DNA from: Lepidodermella squamata
Taxonomy: Eukaryota > Animalia > Gastrotricha
Direction of reading: 5' to 3'
NCBI GenBank assembly: GCA_047495785.1
Contig: JBLDXI010000009.1
Span: 2,790,001 to 2,854,000, forward strand
DNA length: 64,000 nucleotides
Shown here: positions 14,059-27,760 of the stretch, piece after piece
Position numbering within the stretch: position 1 is the first letter of the stretch
How the letters are laid out: every line of letters starts with the position of its first letter
Notes under the pieces: model-generated
Databases searched by the model: none
What the model was told of the DNA's origin: nothing
What the model saw: the letters and a program-made list of their open reading frames with translations, nothing else
Made by a program: the position numbers and the translations under genes

Positions 14059-16040
14059 TCAAGCCATTTTGCCGCTGAATGGCCGGGCACCTTGGTTGGA
14101 AGGCCTTGCTGTCGGCGCATTTCTCACATTTACACTTGGTTGCTGATTGTGTTGGATGGCGAAAACCCCGCCGACGGCACTTTCGACTTCTCGCAAGAAG
14201 CCGGCTGCGTTTATTACGGTGGTTCCGCCGACTAGAACGCGGCCTGGTTGCGGGTTATTTGACAGCAACGCCGCGCATTCCGTGTAGGTCACACCGCCGA
14301 TGAAAAAAACTAGTAAATTTTGGTTCTGAGCCTCCATCTGCTCTTGGTGTTGAGCATTCGAAGGGTCTAACTCGCCTAGAGGTCGAAGACATTGACTGCC
14401 GAAAATTGAGGAAGGTCCGACATTCCATGCAGCACCACGCGCTCCAGGAGTTCCACTGGTCACCCCGGAACTGGTAATCAGATCGCGAACTTTAGGTTGA
14501 TGCAACGCGTATACGTTGTCAACGCCTCGAATTCCTTGCAAAATTCGACGAGGAACTTGCTGGATCGAAGCTACAGCGCTGTTACCAGAATTCATGTCTT
14601 TGGCGTAGTTGAAAACTAAGGCTCGGAGTAACCGGACACCTTTATCTAGCATCCAACCCCCTCTTCTCCGTAAAACGTCCTCAAGTTGCCCGAAATCGGC
14701 ATCAGTTGGGCGGTAAGCGATGGCGTATAACGCAGCTAAACGGAAGGCATCAATTGGCCGACAATCGGCACAAAATTTCTTCGCATTAGCTAGTGCCTCT
14801 TCATTCGAATAACGCTTTGACGCTAACATTTGTTGACATTCCGAAATTTCCATCAATTTCGACTTCTCAATTTGCTGCGATAGCTCAGAGACTAGAGTCA
14901 CGTGCCTGGTCACATTACCTTGAAGACGTCTGAAACCTGGGTAAGTGGCGACAAATGCGCGTAGATCGGCGAGGGATTCAACACTGGCTTGTTGTTTGTG
15001 CCTTTGCTGAAATTCGTCGACAAGGCGGCGAATGGTCGCGCCAATTTCGCCAAAATTCAGAAACATATTGCGTAGAAAGAATTCGTCATGAACAGGGCTC
15101 AGAACAATTGATTCCAATTCGCTGGGTTCTTTGTCTTTGATTTTATCTTTAGGATTACTCTCTACGTCTGTCTCGGCTAAACATACTCGATTGTGGTTTA
15201 AACCAACCAATTCGTGGGCCATTGCCACATATAACCAGGGGTTGACTAGAGGGGTGATACAATCTTGACGTCTATCAACGATCACAACAGTAATGCAAGA
15301 CGCAGCGCTCTGTGCAGAACGGGATATTCCAGAATTCCAATTTGAAGATCCTGGAGCTCCGCCAAAATCGAATAACTCACGCTCTCTGGTAACCAATTGA
15401 TTAAGGGACTCAGCTAAACGTCGAGATGGGCTTGATTCAGGACTAAATCGAATGGCAATCGGAAAACGTTTGATTGAAAGAAGGACGGCAGCCAACGAGC
15501 GGGCAGTTCTTGATAACAAATCCGTGGAAGCCCAATCGAAGCCAGGTGGCGATATGCAACCGGGTAAGTCGAAAGAGAAAATCGAAGGTGTAAGTGCTAA
15601 AAAGTCCGCGAAGAATTCTTGGAGGTCTCTGACTGCCTCTGACTCATCGGCGTCAGCCAAAGTTTTAACCAACTGCTTGGGAGCTGCATTACTCAAGTAA
15701 ACATAGTATTGCGCGTATCTTGGATGCCTTAACTCGTCAGCCAGCCTTGATATTGAATCATCAGATGGTCGAATAAAGACGACAGCTTTCAAATGTGGCC
15801 TATAAAAAGCATCTCAATATTAATTAGTTTGATCAAAACAAATAATACTTACATTGGATCACGGCCAGTGTTTTCCAGTACTTCAAATGCGTACACTTCT
15901 TTCTGTAGAAGCTCGGATTGCGCAACTGCAAGGCTGACAATGGGCATGGTGTCCCTATCAAGCAACAGTAACTTCATTCCAGGCCCGGCAGCCTCCATCA
16001 TCTTCCAAACGTAGCCTCGTACAGCTGCACAAATATCCAT
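14059..16040 (-). CDS. VPS45: Vacuolar protein sorting 45, Sec1/Munc18 family (2 exons)
   Basis: Exons 15853-16040 and 14059-15799. Motifs GPGMKLLLLD..QSELLQKEVY, HLKAVVFIRP, LADADESEAV, NFGEIG and FFIGGVTYTE. Confidence 0.93.
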
Positions 16041-17836
16041 TTTTAAATATCCCTAGATATTTAGCAACAAAGCGATGTCAGCCATAGCTATCAACATAAA
16101 TGCAAAAGCCAGTGCTATTGTCTATTGTTGAGAACGGCATTCAGGCCGCCGGACTCGGGCTTTCCTAGGGTGGATCTCCTGAATCTGGCCAGAGTGTGGA
16201 CCCTGATAACCGCGCCTGCGATCACCGCTCTTCGGCCTCGGGGTTCGGATATGCCAAAACGCGAACGGGCACGTTTCGGACTACAGCCCCTAACAGTTCA
16301 CTAATATATTAGTGATATTAGTGATTTTACCAACTCTACCAAAAGTAAATGAGTGCCCAAAAGCCTTAGGCTGGGCGTAAATTTCGCAGAGAATTCTCCA
16401 TCTACCTGAAGATTTTTACTAAACACTGATTGAAGCAGCCATGCTATCGAGGGGTGGCAGGTTAACTGCCCGTGAACCAAGGTAATTTCAAGAGTGCTGC
16501 AGAGATGATATATTCTTAGTAGCCTAAATGGGTTGAATCAGGACACGTAACTCTTACCTTGAGCTACGATGTTAAATATTAACCCATTCATAAAATCGTT
16601 ACATAAGCAATTTACAGTGTAGTAAGTCTGCTAGAAAATGCCTATCGGACTGAATTTATACATGAACTATGACTAGCGCATCCAGTTGCATTTTGATGTG
16701 CCTTTTGATACGTCGTATCCTGAGCAATCACAGTTCATCTAATGGAAATCACTCAAAACTAGAGCTGACGCGCCGCTAACGGTAGACGCAGCCAGAAGCC
16801 AAAAAACCTGCTTTCGTGGATTTCCCAAAAAATTGAACTAGGTCACGTGACTGTTATTAATAATTTATTTGATCAACGAATTAAAACAAAACCTTTGTTA
16901 ATTTCTGTTTGAGATAATATATGTGAAAACTAAATAACAGCTAATAATGTGCATCAGGATTCGGGTTTTTTTGAAGGACCGGACCTTGGGCAAAAACCTT
17001 GTTTGTGGTAACTTGTACCCGGTTGCCGGCTGCACGACCCCTCTGATATCTGTAGAGCTGAAAGCTGGAAAACGAGAGGTATCTCGCATTTTTTCTCTTC
17101 AATAGGCATGAATACTAGAGTTTTCGATGGCTGCGTTGAGAGTGAATCTATAATTAGGTCAGCTGACAGCTGACTTACACCAACCGTGGCGTTGAGCTAG
17201 TAGACTGTGTTGTGTCCTCCTGCGCCTTGGTATTATTTAAGATGAAGGATTATTGCTTATTTTTTGAGGAAGAGGCAGGAGTGGTGACCTTTTTTATAAT
17301 TCAGTGATCTAACAACAGCTTATTACAGCTGCTTTTATAGAGACATTTGCCTGCGCTAGAGCTAATAGTAGCTCTCATGAAATGAAATCTGAATGGTGAG
17401 ACTAATCCTGTTGTCGAGAGTACTACTGAGTCATAAGTCATAAGTCCTGTGGGCAGATTCTTATGTCATCTCGTATCGCCGCCTATCAAGGCTTCTAGCT
17501 TCTACATAATTATTGCGCCCAGGTTTCGCTTGACCTTACTTTCTAGTTCGATGAGTATTAGCTTATCAGATTTTGAAATCTAATAGCAACTAGCAATTCG
17601 GATTCGACGTTAGTTGCCTGCTCACGCTATAATTCTAACTTCTATATAGAAATATACATTTCATGCTTCAAATCCAACTTTTATTGTTTTTTTTTTAGAA
17701 ATTTATGGAAGTTATTCTATGAGATGTCGCATCTCAACGAAGACGCGGCATCCTGTAATCTGAAAATGGCCAGTAATAAAAGACAAACTATCAATTGTCA
17801 CAATCAGTCTTGATATCAATCATTCGAATTTCCCTG

Positions 17837-20800
17837 ATGCTGCTAAGGACGTTAAACGTGCCATCATTTAATGTGATTGAAATACCATGCACGTGTTTGT
17901 TAACCCTATTGTTTTTGCTTGTGTTTGCCCCTGTAACTGAACCCTCTTCGCCGTCTCAGAGCATATTTCTCCTCGGCTTTCGAGTTGATTCGCCGGAGGC
18001 TGTGTACAATGATGAAGAAGCAGTATATAACGTACCAAGCAACCGTAAAGTTAAACTTCGTTTGTTCGGCGAGAACTTGGCCGGCGCCGTCCGCCTTTTG
18101 TTCACTAAGCAGAAGTATTCTGAGAACGAGACATGCGATACTATGGATCATACCTCATCGTTCGAATTGGCCGAACGGCGAAATTCAAGCACTACAGCTG
18201 ACGTGATATTTGAAACTGGAACGACTGATGATGTGACTTACTTCATGTGCGTTCGAGATTTCAACGGAGGCTACCATCATCTGGGCGACCAATCGCGAGT
18301 TGTGATTGTTTACAAAGCCGAGCATATTATGCCATTACCCATCCAAGTTCTTCTAGTAACTACCTGTTTGTTGTTATCGTCGATATTCAGCGGTCTAAAT
18401 CTTGGCTTGATGTCTTTGGATGTCGGCGAGTTGAAACTTATCATCAAGTGTGGATCACCCGAGGACAAGCAATACGCTAAAGCGATTCTACCGATTCGAA
18501 AGCGAGGAAACACATTGCTATGCACGTTGCTATTCGGCAATACAATTGTTAACGCGAGCTGTACACTGTTACTGGACGATTTAATTGGGCAAGGGATATT
18601 TGCTCTAATGGGATCTACGGTTGGCATCCTAGTGTTTGGCGAAATCGTTCCCCAATCAATTTGTTCAAGATATGGCCTTCGTGTTGGCTACTACTGCCGT
18701 TTTATAGTTATGTTCTTCATGTTTGCGTTATTCCCTGTCACCTTTGCCATCGGAAAACTTCTTGATTTGATACTGGGTAGAGAAATTCACCAGGTTTACA
18801 GTCGCGATGAACTGAGAGAGATGGTGAAAATGAGTTTTGCAATGGATGATAGCCGATCTTCTTCCCCCACAGCTTTCGCTAATCGAAGCGGGTTGAAGCG
18901 TGAGGAAGTCAACATTGTGACGGGTGCATTGGAAATCACCGAGGCAACTGTGAGCCGAATCATGAAGCAGAAGGACGAAATTTTCATGTTGGACATATCT
19001 GTTGCAATCGACTACGACCTCATTGAGCTGATAACTCGCCATGGATATACTCGAATTCCGATTTATGCAAATGGAGACCGGAACAACATAGTCGGGCTTC
19101 TCTCGACAAAAGATTTGCTTGGTATTGATCCTGAAGATAAACTTCCACTGAATTCTCTTGTTGAGTATTACCCACGCTCGATTTTGCGCGTTCTTGAGAA
19201 CACAACCATTCTGGATATGCTTAATCTATTCAAAACAGGTTTAATATTTCCGGAATCATTATATCTTGTTGATTTATCGTTTTTTTCTATCGCAGCGAAA
19301 GTTCACTTAGCCATTGTCGATAGAATAATCTGTGATGAGGAGCATGATCCTATAAAAGAAATGGTTGGCATCGTAACTTTGGAGGACGTTATCGAATTCA
19401 TTTTACGCGAAGAAATTAACGACGAAGCTGATGGTTCGTTTTTCGTGGTTATTTTATTTATTTTCATGACTGAAAAAATCGCAAGGCGAGAGATATTATA
19501 GCTGCTTTTGGGCTTTGGGCTAAGTAGCACGGAAGTACTCGTGTCAGTAATTGGATTTGCCTTGGCGTTTTTATGTTTTTTTATGTGCACTTTGGGTCGA
19601 TTTTTAAAATATTCGCAGTCCTATGCGAATTGTCTATATTCTCATTCTTTAAACACGCGTTTTGTTTGTATATATACATTTATATAAAATATATACAAGC
19701 ACAGTAGTCGCGGTATTGATTTCTGTTTGGGTCTGGGTTTTATTCATTAATTTGTCGACAAAAAAATGACTGGGGCTTTTTTTGCTGCTGTGAATCCATC
19801 ATCCGGACGATGGCAATTTCCTATGCATGCGGAATGCGTTGAAATACAGCAGTTTTCGGGCACTCGAGGCTCGCCCCATGTGTGTGTATGCGTGTGTGTG
19901 ATTTATTAATTTATCGTTTTCCGCTACAGCGCTAGCTGACCTGGCTGAAAATTTAAAATATAAGGGCTGAAAGGAACATAATTTTACTCGAAACCGCAGC
20001 GCGTATTGCGGATCGATGGTTTTTAATTCTGTTGTTATTATTTTCTCAGATCTAAAGGAGCGTCGCAAGAACGAGGAAATGGCGGATTCTAAAATGCATT
20101 CTCATGTTATGCCTTTCAAACGAGCTGATACAATTCCCCAGCAGTTAAACACGGCTGCTGTGCAGTTTCTCATCGCCAGTAATTTGCGACCAGTGAATGA
20201 AATGAGACAAAAAAAACAACATTATTCATTTTTTATCAGATGTGGAGGCCTTTCGCAAGGAGATTGTTGAAAGAAAAGTGTTGGCTAATTTACTGCGTTT
20301 CCCGGGCATTTTCGTCGTGAAAAAACATAGCGGCAAGCATGGCCACCACGAAAATGCGCTATATTCAGCTGAAAAAGAAGTGCGTGTTTATGTGATATTT
20401 AAATTAAACTAACACGAGGTCAATTTCCATTAACACAGGCTGACTATTTCCTTCTGATCCTGCAAGGAGCCTGTCAGGTTTACATTGGCCGAGAGCGACT
20501 GCCGTTTGAAGCTGGCCCGTTTCACTATTTCGGCTTGGAGGCCCTACTTGGTAAGAAATTCCTCCCTTATTAGTTACCCGTTAGATGTTGAAATATCGTT
20601 GAATGTCTCACCCGATGCCATTTTTAGTAGACCTAGTAGTTGCGTGAATCCTACCATCGCCCCTTGAAAGTTTTTGAGCTGTTTCGTTTTTTGTTTCATT
20701 TTTTTGTTGTTAATGTAAATAACTTGAAAGGGGTCGGTAACGTGCCTGTTGTCGCTCCTTTTGCTGTTCGGCCGTCTGTCGTGTCATTGTCGCCTCGATC

Positions 20801-22610
20801 TGGTGATAATACTTCGCCGAACAGCGGCGAGGATGAGCTGTTTCAGCAGAACCTCTTGACGTCGATTGCGGAGCATAATACCGGCGACCACGAGGCGCAT
20901 GCAACGTTGGGGCTAGGCAGGCGTTTCAGCCGCACTGCCAGCCGGGCTTTGCGCGTGTTTTCGATGATAACGCACATTGCTGGCAAAGAGAGCGGCGATT
21001 TGCCTCATGGTGCGGATTTTAAGCATTCCACCTCTAGTCTGCGGATGATTAAAAGTGTGCTGTGCCTTCTTTGCATTATTGACGCTTGCTATACCTCGCG
21101 CCATCTTGAGTAGCATACAACCAGAGAAGCAAATTAGCCCCCTATCGTCTCGTTTGCCTCCTATATTCAACCTGAAACAATTGTCAAGTTCTAGGTTAGA
21201 AAAATTACTCGAAAGCTTGAAGAGACATTTTTTATAGAATTTATTGGAATTCGACATTGATAAAGTTATTGGCAGTCTCACTTCAAACTTTTGTGGTACC
21301 TAGGGTTACTTTTCAAAAGAACAATCCCGCTTGTTAACAGTGAATTGACCCGTTAGTTTCAGGCTTCTTTCTGTTGATGCAATTCCATGTAACCCCGATA
21401 AACCGGCTATATTTTTTGTCTGATTTTCCTAATAATTCGATTGATTCATAGCTAGCTTGCAATAATTGGCTAACCGAATTACGAAATGAATTGTTTTTGT
21501 ATAGGCACATCAAGTATTGGATCTTCGTCGCATCACAATTTGCCGGTTGGAAAATCTACTAATGCTTTAGCTGAAGAGAACGAAAATCTTACGGGCTTGC
21601 GGCCGTTTGTGAAAGGACCGCATACTGCTTCGATTTCGACGTTGCACCGGCAAGGAAGTCAAAGCAGCCTCGGCAGTGTTCACCCTGCTTATCAATTCTC
21701 CCGGAAATGTTTTGTTCCCGATTTTACTGTTGAGGTATAAAAAAAGCAGATTGTCTTTTTTATGATGATAAGCAATTGTTATCTTGTAAAGATTACACAC
21801 GATGTTCAATATGTCCGGTTGACGAATGCCCACTACCGAGCGCTGATTACAGTGACGCAGTTGGTTAGACGGAAAGATAAACTCGATGACACGCCTTACA
21901 TTGTGGACAAACTCTGGATGGAGCTTGTTCGTGAGGGCGAACAGCTAGGAAACTTCGAATTAGTGTAAGTTTCACATCGTTGAAATTGAATTGAAAAAAC
22001 ATGAAATGAAATATAAATTTGAAAAAATTGTGGATGATAATCGTGATTTTTCAGAGCCCCTCGAGTGCCCGTTGTAGCTACTCATGCTGATGCAGCAACA
22101 ACGTCGAGCATACCGGGAAGCAACCGAAACACCCCGCCGAATTCGAATACGATGGTCCCTCTTCGCGTTTCGATACCAAATTTGCATCACGATGGCCGAG
22201 CGACGTCCGCCAAAGCTGACGGTAATCAAGCTGATTATCATATAGGCACCCAATCGGCGAACCAGCAAGGTAACCCCGGTATGAACGAGTCGTCAGTAAG
22301 GTAATGATTTATTCCACCTTAAAATACGGCTGTGTGAAAGAATCGATTTTACAGCTTGAATACTCCGAATAAATATCGGCATACGACTCCCCTTCACGCG
22401 GTGTTGTTGTCGAATTCGAGGAACGCGTTGATGGAAGGTGGCCATACCCGGCACAGGTCAATGACATCGGGTGAAATCGAGCCGCTTCTAGCTGTCTCCT
22501 CTTCGAATTCGCCCGTTCCCCTCAACGAAGATTCAGCGGTTGTTGTAGCTATGTCTGACGGTGATACATCGCGAAATGACGATGGAAGTAGCAGAGGTCC
22601 AGTTACTTGA
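17837..22610 (+). CDS. CNNM: CNNM-family metal (Mg2+) transporter: DUF21/CNNM + CBS pair + cyclic-nucleotide-binding-like domain (multi-exon)
   Basis: Motifs FSGLNLGLMSLD, LLCTLLFGN, FGEIVPQ, GYTRIPIY and GIVTLEDVIE. Downstream exons (~20051, 20240, 20439, 20731, 21505, 21791, 22055, 22355) include DYFLLILQG..EAGPFHYFGLEAL and FVPDFTV. Start codon and 3' exon boundaries are approximate. Confidence 0.88.
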
Positions 22611-23524
22611 AAATGAAGTACGGTGGATGAAATACAAAGTTGAAACTAGCTGTTCTGTAAAGTGAATGAAATCTATAATTAGATATTTTATCGAATGAAA
22701 CATTGAGATGAATAGCTATTTTTCTTTACATATTCGCGCTCATTGAGTTTGTTGTGTTGTGCCATATGTTTATGGAGGAGCTTGATTGAATTTTAATTAA
22801 AATCTAGTATATTCAAGGTATGTTGCACATAGTGTTTTATTTTTTGCGATCTGGCCTTTCAAAGCTTATGATATAACTTGTCTGTTCTTGAAATCTTATC
22901 TACCATGGAGTTACGGCTGCTTTTCTGCGTCGCGTCTGCCTTTCGAGCCGTTAGCATCTCGTGTTGATAATTCCCCTGCAATTCTAACGCTCAACTGTTT
23001 GTCATATCTTGCAACAAGAGAAGTCACTCACTTGCTTGAAGAAATCAAACGATGGTTTTAACGTCCACCTTATTTAATGATCGCCATCATTGTACACGCC
23101 GCATTAACATCGAATTCTGCATTGCGTTAACCTGTAATACCTACTATAATATACTCTCTATTTTTCTTCGCTGCCGCTGCCCAGTACTAGAAAAACATGA
23201 TGCGAAATTGCTTTGCGTATATGATTGTGATTTTTTACGAGCGCCTCCGTGTTACTTGTAGTTGAAACAAATGTATTGTTATTTTTTAGTTGCCCGTGTC
23301 ATTTTTCGTCTACATTGTTATTTTAAAAGACCGAAGGCACCTGATAGCGCTTCATTTTCTGCAAGTCTCTATGCCCGGAAGATTGAGTTGCGAAACCACG
23401 ATAACATTTAAAACAATAAAATTAATTTTCTATCAATTTATTGTGTAAACGGTTCCGAAAGCGATGACTAATGTTCACAGAAGCAGCTGTTCACAAGATT
23501 TTGAGCTTCATGAATTGGCAGTGA

Positions 23525-23867
23525 TCACCAGAGACGTTCCAATGCTTCAAGCATGATGATGCTGTTACCCCGAACAACCTAACAGAGGAGTACAGGGGGC
23601 TTAAAAGAACGGGTTAAATTTTGAAAACACTTACCACCATACCAACTTGTCTCTGCTCGTTGGTTTTCGGGACTACTTCAACCGACTCGTCGATGACGAG
23701 ATTCATGAAGGGATCAAAGCCGCGCAGAACACCCTGAATACAGCGGCCACCGTTCAGTTTAATCGATAGACGCTTGTCCATAAATCTGAAATACATCAAT
23801 TAATTCGTAACAGGTCACTTCAAGAGAAGACTTACTTCTTGAGTTCTGGCGGATGAGCCTTGCTCAT
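23525..23867 (-). CDS. SNRPG: Small nuclear ribonucleoprotein G (Sm-G), 3 coding exons
   Basis: [11 protein letters not shown]|[37 protein letters not shown]|[17 protein letters not shown]. Confidence 0.97.
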
Positions 23868-25000
23868 GATTCAAACTATTAGCGATGTTAAATAAACACT
23901 ATAAAATAGTTTTAGAATTATACCTTGAAAAGCAATTGCGCAAGATAGCCATGTTAATAAAAAATCATGCTCATGATTATTCTCACATGCTGACGACTCT
24001 CAGTCACATTGTCATTTGTTCGGAAAAATAGTCTTCCTTGAAGGCTTTAAACTCTCATCAATGGTGCTCGCGACCCAAATGTACAAAAACTCTTACGCTA
24101 GAAAAAGCATATAAAGCCTGGGACGAAATCAACGACGAACAATCCACGGGCGCCCTAGCGGCAGATTAAACGGCTCGGACTGAAATCAAACTGAAATTTG
24201 GGATCCTGAACGTCAAGCCGGCGGATGGTGCAGGATGGTGAGGATGCCCGAACAACTTATATATATTTAGAAAGGTTCGTGGCGAATGATAAAAGCTGTG
24301 CGATGAGTTATCTCGAGCTAATGGTGCCCTTGCGATTCGGCGCGCTACCCAGCAAAGCCCGTCGATACCTTCAGCGAATGGAAGCAAATGGAGCTGAAAT
24401 CCTTGGAATTGAATTTCTAGTACTGCAAGATGACTTATTATTCATTATCAATTCATTATCATTCATTATCAAAGGCACCGTAGAACAATAGTTGCGCTCG
24501 CAAAGATATGCAATGAAGTTCTCAACCAGCAAGACATGAGAAAGACAAGTAAGCAACTTGACAGCAAATCAAATTCCCAGCGCTACTGATAAAATTACAG
24601 ACGCTTCAATACAACCATCACATTAAACATAGGTAGTTTCATTGGTAAAATGAGCCTTCCGGAGAACCAATAACAGCGTTATACAAGGTTCAAAACGTAT
24701 CGGCGTCAGGCTCTCCAATATTCCTGCTTTTCAACTTCGGCCTTCGGTACTGCGGAAACCGGAAACATTGCCCAATATAGTTGAACACAGCGAAGTTGCA
24801 CGTTGTATATAAGTTGGTATAAAAGCCCGAAATCCTTCGCCGAAGGGTGAAGCATGATGATCTTCGGGCCTTCTGCGATGCAGCACTTGGGGTGCCAGAC
24901 TGGTCCTCAAAGTAACGAAATGGAAGATGGAAGATAGCGGGCAATTCACTTTTGGAGCAATTTGACTACTTTCAACCGGGCTGGAGGCAATATGATGGGT

Positions 25001-25047
25001 TATGGTTAGTGTTAGGTTTAGGCTCAGGGTTAGGGTTAGGTTAGGGG
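25001..25047 (+). repeat. Short degenerate (GGTTAG)n telomere-like tract, probably part of a non-autonomous repeat
   Basis: tatggttagtgttaggtttaggctcagggttagggttaggttaggg read directly. Confidence 0.6.
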
Positions 25048-25141
25048 CCGGAATAAAAAATGGCCCGCTTTCGCATAAGTATCCCGCCAACTTCAAATAC
25101 GTCTCAAAGTGTCGATTTACTTCCATCGAGCTCAAACGTTC

Positions 25142-26879
25142 TCAAAATCTCAAATCTTTATTGTTTACCGTTCGCTTTGCACCTATTATTAGTCATAATG
25201 TTTACAAAATTCAGAATGAGTACAAAGGTGGCAAAGGGAGGCTCGAGCGCAAAGAACAAGGCGTCCGGGACTGCATAAAATTAATTACAGCATGATGCAT
25301 ACAACTGTATACATACTTAGATACAGGAGGAATGGTACAAAGATTACATGTTCGGCAGGATAGGTAGGAACTCGAGAATATAATGGCGCACTTTGGTAGC
25401 AAAAATCAATGTAGAGTAAATACTGGTGATATTATTAGGTAGTGAATTCCACAAAGATGTCAGGCGCAAAATAAAGGAACAATGCCGTTGTTTGTAGTTC
25501 CACTGAGGAAAAATTAATTTATTGTTATGACTAGAACGAGTAGTAGAAGTGGACGGGGGATAAATAAATTCATTACGAAGCACAGAAATATGATTATGAA
25601 TGATTTTGTGGGCTATTTGAAGGTCCCTGAACAACCATCTCTGATGAAGTGATTGAATGTTAAATTTTTTCAGCCTTTCCAAGTAACATAAAGGAGCAAA
25701 GGGAGGAACTATCATTCGAGAAGTAACATTTTTGAGACACTTTTCCAAGAGGATTTTATCAGAAGCATTGGTGGGGTTCCAAACAGTTGAACAATAAAGG
25801 AATAAAGGTAAGACATAAGTATTAAAAGCACGCATTAGAACAGAATTATCTCGCGATACAAAGGAGTTCAAGATCAGACCGCACATGCGCCTGGCTTTTT
25901 CGTAGATATAATTACAATGAGAGGAAAATGATAATTTGCTGTCTACGATGACACCAAGGTCTTTAATTTCATATACTGATTCAATAGCGTGGTTCGACAC
26001 GGTATACGGAAAACACGGATTGTTTGAACCTAACCTTAAAACCACACATTTTTTCATGTTTACAGCTAGCTGATGGCTCAGAAAATAAGCTACGATGCAG
26101 TCAATATCAATCTGAACTTGAGAAGGAAGAGAATCAGGCTTCGGGTAAATCTTGACATCATCAGCATAGAGTTTAATTACACAGTGCTTGACAACAGAAG
26201 GCAAATCATTAATAAAAATTACAAATAACAGAGGACCCAGAACACTGCCCTGTGGAACACCGGATGACACATGTGACCAATCAGAAGAAGCGTTATTTAC
26301 ACAAACGCGCTGCTTACGAAGGATGAGAAAATTTTTAATCCAGTCTAGCAGTAATCCTTCAAAGCCATAATTACGTAATTTATCCAACAGTTTGATATGA
26401 GATACTGAGTCGAAAGCTTTTTTTAGATCAAAGTATATACAATCAGTATAATCTCCACGGTCAAGCGTCTTCGACCAGTCATTCACAGACTCCAATAGTT
26501 GTAGTTCAGTATTGCGAACAGGTAAAAAACCGAATTGCTCAGGAGATATTAGATTATTTTTCAGTAAAAATGATAGCATGTTGAATCTAACAACAGATTC
26601 CATTATTTTACATGGGACACTAGTTAGGCTGATAGGTCTATAATTCTCAGCGGAAGAAGAGGATCCAGACCCTTTATAAATAGGAATTACATTAGCAATC
26701 TTCCAAAGGGTAGGCAATTGAGATGTTTCAAAACTAGCAGAGAATATCAGAGAAAGTGGAACAGATAGAGCTTCTGACAAATTTCTAAGGATAGCTGGGT
26801 TGATACAATCTGGACCCATTGAGGTGTTGACATCAATTTTTCTTAGAAAAGATTCAATAATATTTTGAGGAAATTCTAC
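25142..26879 (-). mobile_element. 5'-truncated non-LTR retrotransposon (LINE, CR1/L2-group-like) with uninterrupted reverse transcriptase frame (ORF 25344-26819)
   Basis: RT motifs ENYRPISLTSVPCKIME, QFGF, YFDLKKAFDSVSH, SGVPQGSVLGPLLF, LYADD and KDLGV. No endonuclease domain. The 3' end is AATAAA plus GATTTGAGATTTTGA. Candidate 6-bp TSD ACGTTC at 25136-25141 and 26880-26885. Confidence 0.9.
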
Positions 26880-27760
26880 ACGTTCCTAAGTTGTGGGCAG
26901 GTAAAAGTCATCGGCAACGATCAACGAGAGTGGAGAGTAGACCGGGGACCCGGGAACCAGGAACGATAGTAGCGACTCCGCGTCAAGTTGTATAACTTCG
27001 AAATGTCTCTGAAATCCTCAACGAAAAAATGCTATGCCGAAGTTTTTCATATATATATAAATATAATTATTCAATATATTAATATTCAAACAATTCAAAT
27101 AATAATCGACACCTTTTGAATTGGGAAAAATTAGTTTTGGCGGGCGTTTTCTTTCTTTTTTTCTGTCCAGTTTTTGTTGGCTTGCCTGAGACGTCAGTTC
27201 TTTTGTTTTGAAGTCTGCAGACTCCTCCTGAATGACCCTGGTTAGGGACGGAGTGGAAATACTTTTTCACGTCTGAAGCAATTTAACCTTATTTTCGGCA
27301 TACTTTTTCTGCTTTTCTTGCTGCTTTCTTCAAGACAAGACACAAGACTTGGGTACTTAACGAAGTCTTGTGCTCATATTTACTAAGGGGTTCATTTTTC
27401 ATTGACCGATGCTATATAATTGTCAACGTTATCTCCTTCTGCATTCTGATTTCACTCAATATACCGTCTCTGATCATAATGGTCACTGTTAGCTGTTGCT
27501 GTGACATGTTCTCGGGGCTACCAACTGGGATCGGGGATTACCTAATCAAGCTGCGAATTTGCGGTCTGGTTTTGGCTTGTATTGACGTGGAAAACGGCCC
27601 ATTATGCAGACATCAATACTAAGATTTTAAATTTATTATTAATATTCGATAATGCCTGGGTCATAACTGTTGAATAGTAGTATAGCCCGATTTGAGTTTC
27701 ATATGAGTATTCCATTTCGAGATATTTAGTCAAATGTCGATCTTTATTCATAGATTCTAA

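Noticed and set aside
24020-24560. Fragmentary frames with faint gag-like flavour (TLTLEKAYKAW)
   Set aside because: Too short and broken by stops; no LTR or pol evidence.
25001-25047. True telomere or chromosome fusion site
   Set aside because: Only a few degenerate units in a single orientation.
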